From Pseudobdellovibrionaceae bacterium (GTDB taxonomy: Bacteria > Bdellovibrionota > Bdellovibrionia > Bdellovibrionales > JAMPXM01): 40,447 nt of DNA. A model generated the notes under the pieces. The model was not told where the DNA came from. It made no database searches and saw nothing but the letters and a program-made list of their open reading frames with translations. Shown here in pieces: positions 35,390 through 40,447 of this stretch. Both the position numbers and the translations under genes were made by a program. The stretch's first letter is position 1, and each line of letters opens with the position of its first letter. Location: NCBI GenBank assembly GCA_022843085.1, contig JALHOI010000001.1:1-40447 (forward strand), written 5' to 3'.

Positions 35390-37027
35390 ATGCTGATGAA
35401 CAAGCAGGCGGGCGGCGGTATGGCGAGCAAACTAGGTATTCGTGCAATGCGCGCAAACATGGGCACGGCCTGGAAGAACGACCGTCGCAAAGTCTTAAAG
35501 AGCATCACAGCCTGGATCCTCTTCAGCGGTATCATCATCGTTTTCGTATTTCTTGGACAAACCCCGAATGCACCGGGCGTCGCCTCAGGCGGAACAGCCG
35601 CTTCAGTCAACGGTCAGATCGTTTCGATCGCAGAATTCTCTGAACGCGTTGAGATGTTGAGCCGCGACTCGCGATTTACCCAAATGGAGCAATTCGGCCC
35701 AGATTTCGCTCGTCAAATGGTTCGCCAGCAGGCAATTCGGTCGCTGATCGACGCGCAACTCCTCGGCCAAAATCTCGGCCGGATCGGACTTACCACGCCA
35801 AATGCGCAGGTTCGCGACGCTATTGCCGAAATTCCAGCTTTTCAAGAGCAGGGCCGCTTTAGCAAGACCCTCTATTTACAGTACCTCGGCGGCACGCGTC
35901 AGACTGCTGGAGAATTCGAAGAGAAAATGCGTCGACAGCTTGCCGCAAGCCGTGTCGCGCGAACATTTTCTGCCGCACTTCGGCCGCTTCCCTTTGAAGC
36001 CGAAATGATCGGTAAAGTTGAAGGTAAACTCGTGAACGTCGAGGGTGTGTCGGTTCCGACCGAAACCTTAGTTTTTCCCGACGCCGTTTCTCCGGCTGAC
36101 ATCAAAACGTTTTTGGCGAAAGCAGATTCGGCGGGAAGAATCAAATCGTACTTTGATAGCCGCAAATCCGAGTTTTCAAAGCCCGAGCAGGCGTCGGCAC
36201 GCCACATTCTCATTCGGGCTGACAAAAAAGACAGCGTTAAAGTAGCGACGGCAAGGGCCGAAGCCGAGAAGATCGTGCAAGATCTGAAGGGCGGGGCCGA
36301 CTTCGCGAAGCTTGCGAGCGAAAAGAGCGAAGATCCCGGTTCAAAGGCGAAAGGCGGTCTACTCGACTTTTTTGCACGTGGAGCCATGGTGCCCGAGTTT
36401 GAAAAGTACGTTTTTTCAGCGAAGCCTGGCCAGATTTCTGATCCCATCCAGACAGACTTCGGGTTTCACATCATTCGGGTCGAAGCGATCAAGCCTGCGA
36501 GCGAAACAACGATGGAAGAAGCCCAAGACGACATCGCTCAACAGCTCGTCGCCCAAGATCGCTCGCGTGACGAGGTGGCGAATCTCGAAAAAGCTCTTGC
36601 AGCCGGTGATTCGGCTTCGGTTGACGCTTTTCTTTCAAAATACAAACTCAGCTGGTCCGAATCTGGACCGTTCGCTTTAAACGCCGAATCGATTCCAAAA
36701 TTCGGTGGCGGCGACGAGGCCGGTGCGGCCGCGTTTCGGCTTTCGATGGCCAAACCCCTTGCGCCGAAGCTGATTCGGCAGGGTCCTCAAGCGCTTCTTC
36801 TTCGTTTTAAGTCCGCGGGGGAAGCGGCGTCTAAGGCGACCGCGGCGAAACCCAAGTCTCCTCAAGAAATTTTAAGTGAATCGCCCGAGTTCAAGGCCGA
36901 ATCTACGGCGTCTCGCCGCATCGATGAAGCTTTCGCTTCGTGGATGGAGTCGATGAGAAAAAGTGCAAAGATTTCGATTAATCCCGAAGTCGGGGCTCAA
37001 GCAGCCAACGCGCCTGACCTTCAATAG
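35390..37027 (+). CDS. PpiD-like periplasmic chaperone / parvulin-type peptidyl-prolyl isomerase (N-terminal anchor)
   Basis: It has a TM anchor (ITAWILFSGIIIVFVFLG), a SurA-N-like region and a parvulin domain (ARHILIRAD...GGLLDFFARGAMVPEFEKYVFSAKPGQISDPIQTDFGFHIIRV). The start is ambiguous among the Met codons at 35390, 35396 and 35420. The N-terminal 34 residues of the track ORF are unlikely to be translated. Confidence 0.8.
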   Translation: MLMNKQAGGGMASKLGIRAMRANMGTAWKNDRRKVLKSITAWILFSGIIIVFVFLGQTPNAPGVASGGTAASVNGQIVSIAEFSERVEMLSRDSRFTQMEQFGPDFARQMVRQQAIRSLIDAQLLGQNLGRIGLTTPNAQVRDAIAEIPAFQEQGRFSKTLYLQYLGGTRQTAGEFEEKMRRQLAASRVARTFSAALRPLPFEAEMIGKVEGKLVNVEGVSVPTETLVFPDAVSPADIKTFLAKADSAGRIKSYFDSRKSEFSKPEQASARHILIRADKKDSVKVATARAEAEKIVQDLKGGADFAKLASEKSEDPGSKAKGGLLDFFARGAMVPEFEKYVFSAKPGQISDPIQTDFGFHIIRVEAIKPASETTMEEAQDDIAQQLVAQDRSRDEVANLEKALAAGDSASVDAFLSKYKLSWSESGPFALNAESIPKFGGGDEAGAAAFRLSMAKPLAPKLIRQGPQALLLRFKSAGEAASKATAAKPKSPQEILSESPEFKAESTASRRIDEAFASWMESMRKSAKISINPEVGAQAANAPDLQ

Positions 37028-37070
37028 ACCTGGCAATAGACCTGGCAATAGATCTGGCCAATAAATGGCC
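37023..37070. repeat. 12-bp tandem repeat aatagacctggc (three good copies plus one degenerate copy) beginning at the ppiD-like stop codon
   Basis: I read it directly. The repeat places TAG in frame three times, at 37025, 37037 and 37049. Confidence 0.85.
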
Positions 37071-37086
37071 GTTAAAATTGAAGCGA

Positions 37087-37109
37087 TCGAGATTCGATCC
37101 GAATCTCGA
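37087..37109 (+). terminator. Perfect 10-bp stem hairpin after the ppiD-like gene (terminator-like), followed by a weaker CGGGC/GCCCG hairpin and a T-run at 37121-37150
   Basis: TCGAGATTCG, loop atc, CGAATCTCGA. Downstream lies CGGGCcaattcGCCCG...ttctttttt. Confidence 0.45.
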
Positions 37110-37292
37110 GAGAGCTGTGCCGGGCCAATTCGCCCGACCCATTCTTTTTTCAGGGCCGGGCGCCAAACTACTCCAGGAGCGCTTTGATCTAACTATTTTC
37201 AGCCTGAAGCGATTTTGACTTGTCGGCCGTTGGCCCGAAATTTAGTGTCGGCAGTCTTAAGTTTCCAGCAGCTCTCTTCAGGAGGATTCCGA

Positions 37293-39182
37293 ATGGCTCA
37301 AAGCCTGTTTCCGAACGTGTTTCCAATGGATTTCACGTCGGCTCCAACCCAAAATCCCGAGGTACTTTCTTGGATCAGTGAGTTGGCCAAGCTTCTCGAG
37401 CCTGATGCAATTCAATTTTGTGACGGCTCTGAGACTGAAGAAACAAAGTTGATCGAAAAGATGATCGCTTCGGGAACGCTTCGGAAGCTCAATCCCGAAA
37501 AACGGCCGAACAGCTACCTTGCAACCTCAGATCCCAAAGATGTCGCTCGCGTCGAAGATCGAACGTTCGTTTGCACCGAAAAAGAGGTCGATGCGGGGCC
37601 GAACAACAATTGGATGAGTCCCGAAGCCATGCGCGAAAAGCTTCGGCCGATGTTTCGGGGCGCGATGCGCGGGCGTACGATGTACATCATTCCGTTCAGC
37701 ATGGGCCCCCTGAATTCGCCACTGTCTAAGATCGGCATCGAGATCTCTGATTCTCCCTATGTCGTGGTCAACATGCGGCGTATGACCCGCATGGGTTCTC
37801 AGGTTTGGGCGAAGCTTGGTACGAATGGCGAATTCGTGAAGGCGCTGCACAGTGTGGGATCACCGCTCGAGCCAGGTTCTAAGGATAAACCGTGGCCCTG
37901 CAACATTGAAAAGTACATCGTACACTATCCCGAGCAAAACGAGATTTGGTCGTATGGTTCGGGTTACGGTGGGAACGCGCTGCTTGGAAAAAAATGTTTC
38001 GCGCTTCGCCTCGCTTCAGTGATGGGAAAAAAGCAGGGTTGGCTGGCCGAGCACATGCTGATCCTGGGGGTCGAATCTCCGAAGGGAGAGAAGATTTATG
38101 TCGGCGCAGCATTTCCGTCGGCCTGCGGAAAGACAAATTTCGCGATGCTGGTTCCGCCAAAGTCATTTGATGGTTGGAAGGTGACGACCGTTGGTGACGA
38201 CATCGCATGGATCAAGCCGGGTCACGACGGCAAGCTCTATGCGATCAACCCTGAATCTGGTTTTTTTGGAGTCGCCCCTGGCACCTCGCTTCAAACAAAT
38301 CCAAATGCCGTAAAAACGATCTCGGCAAATGTCATCTTCACGAACGTTGCTCTGACCGATGACGGCGATATCTGGTGGGAAGGACTTTCGAAAGAGGCAC
38401 CCTCGCACCTCATTGACTGGCAGGGGAAAGACTGGACACCCGACTGCGGACGTTCTGCCGCGCATGCGAATGCCAGGTTTACTGTCGCGATCGAACAGTG
38501 TCCGTCGCTCGACGAGAAGTGGAACGCCCCTGAGGGCGTGCCGCTTTCTGCGATGATCTTCGGTGGTCGCAGGGCGGGCCTTGTGCCGCTTGTTTACGAG
38601 GCTGACTCGTGGGCGTCAGGAGTTTATTCGGGCGCAACGCTTGCGAGTGAGACGACCGCAGCGGCCGCCGGTGCAACGGGTGTGGTTCGCCGTGATCCGA
38701 TGGCGATGCTTCCTTTCTGCGGCTACAATATGGGCGACTATTTCGACCATTGGCTTAGCTTTGGCGAAAACAAAAACAATAAATTGCCCAAAATTTTTGG
38801 CGTTAATTGGTTTCGTAAAGACGAAAGTGGCAAGTTCGTTTGGCCGGGCTTCGGTGACAATATGCGAGTCCTCAAGTGGATTTTTGACCGCGTTCATGGA
38901 CGCGCTTCGGGAAAACGAAATGTGCTCGGTACGACTCCGACATTCGATGATCTCGACTGGAGCGGCCTTGAGAATTTCTCGCGAGCTGCGTTCGAGAAAA
39001 TTACACATATCGACGCACCGGCTTGGGTTGACGAGGCGCTTAGCCACCGCGAAAGTTTAGCGAAGTTCGGCGACCGAATGCCGGCAGCGATGCTGGCCCA
39101 GAACGAATCACTTCTTATCAGATCGCATGACTCAGTTGTGATGCCGGTGGCCGAAGAGTCGCGGAAGTTTGAAACCGTGTGA
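37293..39182 (+). CDS. pckG: Phosphoenolpyruvate carboxykinase (GTP)
   Basis: The Met at 37293 follows a CAGGAGGA Shine-Dalgarno sequence. GTP-PEPCK signatures are present ([57 protein letters not shown] and NWF). Confidence 0.95.
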   Translation: MAQSLFPNVFPMDFTSAPTQNPEVLSWISELAKLLEPDAIQFCDGSETEETKLIEKMIASGTLRKLNPEKRPNSYLATSDPKDVARVEDRTFVCTEKEVDAGPNNNWMSPEAMREKLRPMFRGAMRGRTMYIIPFSMGPLNSPLSKIGIEISDSPYVVVNMRRMTRMGSQVWAKLGTNGEFVKALHSVGSPLEPGSKDKPWPCNIEKYIVHYPEQNEIWSYGSGYGGNALLGKKCFALRLASVMGKKQGWLAEHMLILGVESPKGEKIYVGAAFPSACGKTNFAMLVPPKSFDGWKVTTVGDDIAWIKPGHDGKLYAINPESGFFGVAPGTSLQTNPNAVKTISANVIFTNVALTDDGDIWWEGLSKEAPSHLIDWQGKDWTPDCGRSAAHANARFTVAIEQCPSLDEKWNAPEGVPLSAMIFGGRRAGLVPLVYEADSWASGVYSGATLASETTAAAAGATGVVRRDPMAMLPFCGYNMGDYFDHWLSFGENKNNKLPKIFGVNWFRKDESGKFVWPGFGDNMRVLKWIFDRVHGRASGKRNVLGTTPTFDDLDWSGLENFSRAAFEKITHIDAPAWVDEALSHRESLAKFGDRMPAAMLAQNESLLIRSHDSVVMPVAEESRKFETV

Positions 39183-39511
39183 AACGACCGGCGGGCTTAC
39201 TCTGTTCGAACTGTGCGCGGCGTGAGCTTGGCGCTGTTCGTATCCAAGAGAACCCGCAGCTTGGTTTCAACAATCTTGCGTTCGAAGCCGAGTTCGGCGC
39301 GGACTTCGAACGGCGACTTGAAGTTTTTAAACTCAAACTACGAGATTGGCTGAACGTCGACCGAGTCGAGCTGCGCCCTTGCCTCAGCGTGTGTCCAGCC
39401 CAAGGGATCGCGATCGAACGTCGCGGCAAGGCCATGGTTCTCGATAGTCGAGCTCTTCAGCTGGTGCAAAAGCAGTTTGATCCCACTCGCCAGCTCACTC
39501 TCTTCGATTAA
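39179..39511 (+). CDS. Hypothetical small Cys4 protein (possibly thioredoxin-like [2Fe-2S] ferredoxin fold)
   Basis: The ORF is 110 aa. Its GTG start overlaps the pckG stop (GTGTGA). Cysteines occur as LLCSNC ... [14 protein letters not shown]. Codon choice looks like that of neighbouring genes. The family call is tentative. Confidence 0.35.
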   Translation: MKRPAGLLCSNCARRELGAVRIQENPQLGFNNLAFEAEFGADFERRLEVFKLKLRDWLNVDRVELRPCLSVCPAQGIAIERRGKAMVLDSRALQLVQKQFDPTRQLTLFD

Positions 39512-39882
39512 ACCAAGCGCGTTGGAATGAGATCAGTCGGGCTCGCGATACCGCCGAAGTAAGACCCGCCTCGAAACCGAATTGTCGCTTTCGAAAAGAC
39601 CTGGCCGATACTTTCTCGCGTACCTACCAACTTTTGAATGGCATCGTCGTTTAAAACGACGATGTTGCCTCCGTTGTTAATTAAAGCGTCGTACCAGTGA
39701 CCTGCCTTTGGTAAGTGGGGCGCCTCAAAGAGCACGCGAAGCCACAGAGCTTTGCATGCGCCACATTCGTAAAACCAAACGAGATCGTAGTAGTCGTCGG
39801 CCACCGGAACATCGCGAATCGAGGGACCAAACCAAGCGGGGTGCGTGATCTGACATTCGCAGAGATGGCGATCGGGCTTCAT
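39508..39882 (-). CDS. Hypothetical small Cys-rich protein
   Basis: I chose the internal Met at 39882 (MKPDRHLCECQITHP...YECGACKAL...) to avoid overlap with the divergent GNAT gene. Its stop overlaps the stop of the convergent ORF (TTAA). Confidence 0.4.
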   Translation of the reverse strand: MKPDRHLCECQITHPAWFGPSIRDVPVADDYYDLVWFYECGACKALWLRVLFEAPHLPKAGHWYDALINNGGNIVVLNDDAIQKLVGTRESIGQVFSKATIRFRGGSYFGGIASPTDLIPTRLV

Positions 39883-40008
39883 AGCCTTTAAAGATAAAAC
39901 CACGGTCACAAAAAAGCCAAAAAACTTTTGGATAAATCGGTCTAAAGCGCGCGCGACCTTAGGGCCGTGCAATTGACAGATGCCTCTTTGAGCGGGAAAC
40001 GAGACGCT

Positions 40009-40447
40009 ATGTACACAACACGAAAAGCGACAGAGGCCGACGTCAGTCGAATACACGAGCTGGTCAATTCTGCGTATCGCGGCGAAAGCTCAAAAAAAGG
40101 GTGGACGACCGAGGCCGATATTGTGGGAGGGCAGCGTATTGATGCAGAAAAAATTCGCGAGCTTCTTCGCCACCACGACAAGGCGATTCTCTGCCTTGTC
40201 GAGAGCTCGTCACAGAATGAATGCGAGACTGTAGGCACAGTTTGTCTCGAGCGGTTTGAAGATGAAGTCGGAATCGGTGTCTACCTCGGAATGCTGACGG
40301 TTCAGCCCACCTCACAGAATGCGGGGCTTGGAAAATTCTTGATGAGTGAAAGCGAAACGTTTGCGCGTGCGTGGGGTGCTACTCGTATGATTCTCGGGGT
40401 TATCAATGTTCGTAGCGAACTCATGTTGTGGTACCAGAGGCGAGGTT
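40009..40447 (+). CDS. GNAT-family N-acetyltransferase, 5' part (continues beyond the right edge of the window)
   Basis: This ORF is not in the track because it is open-ended. I translated it by hand. It reads MYTTRKATEADVSRIHELVNSAYRGESSKKGWTTEADIVGG...LGMLTVQPTSQNAGLGKFLMSESETFARAWGATRMILGV, which includes the QxxGxG acetyl-CoA motif. There is no stop codon up to base 40447. Confidence 0.8.
   Translation, partial: MYTTRKATEADVSRIHELVNSAYRGESSKKGWTTEADIVGGQRIDAEKIRELLRHHDKAILCLVESSSQNECETVGTVCLERFEDEVGIGVYLGMLTVQPTSQNAGLGKFLMSESETFARAWGATRMILGVINVRSELMLWYQRRG

Noticed and set aside
35899-39060. Internal or antisense ORFs in the ppiD-like and pckG genes (35899-36447-, 36312-36680+, 38563-39060+, 38616-39047-)
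   Set aside because: They are embedded in genes with strong family signatures and have compositionally biased products.
39118-39435. A 105-aa minus-strand ORF overlapping the pckG 3' end
   Set aside because: The product is Ser/Arg-rich and low in complexity, typical of an off-frame translation. It overlaps the well-supported pckG C-terminus.
1-40447. Mobile elements, prophage, defence systems, tRNA or rRNA genes
   Set aside because: I recognised no transposase, integrase, recombinase, phage structural, restriction-modification, Cas or toxin-antitoxin-like proteins in any frame. No cloverleaf-like or rRNA-like sequence was seen in the intergenic regions. Without search tools this is an absence of evidence only.

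Overview
This is a 40.4-kb chromosomal segment of about 50% GC from a Gram-negative bacterium. Gene content and protein style suggest a Bdellovibrio-like or Oligoflexia lineage, but I could not verify that. It is mostly tightly packed housekeeping and envelope genes. In order: a tamB-like giant gene followed by a BamA/TamA-like gene that runs off the left edge, efp, a TPR protein, ruvCAB, a small beta-barrel OMP, a decayed cytochrome P450 pseudogene, lpxC, ald, a short ComEC-like gene, a coiled-coil/TPR lipoprotein, a LysM protein, dprA, an LptF/G permease, kdsA, a GT2-like transferase, a degenerate receiver protein, a large REC/J-domain/TPR fusion protein, trxA, a four-gene secreted operon (unknown, CXXCH/DUF1588-DUF1585-like, unknown, Tat-DUF1501), rodA-mrdA-mreD-mreC, a PpiD-like parvulin chaperone, GTP-PEPCK, two small Cys-rich ORFs, and a GNAT acetyltransferase that runs off the right edge. 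I found no rRNA, tRNA, CRISPR array, transposase or integrase. Four things look most worth follow-up. (1) A helically phased 10-bp TTCGAA tandem array lies upstream of the four-gene secreted operon. (2) That operon has an atypical pairing of families of unknown function. (3) A phosphorylatable receiver is fused to a DUF4388-like segment, an MshEN-like segment, a J-domain and TPRs, and sits next to a pseudo-receiver. (4) A palindromic pair of DnaA boxes lies in a 380-bp divergent intergenic region. All family assignments come from motif recognition by eye and need HMM or BLAST confirmation.
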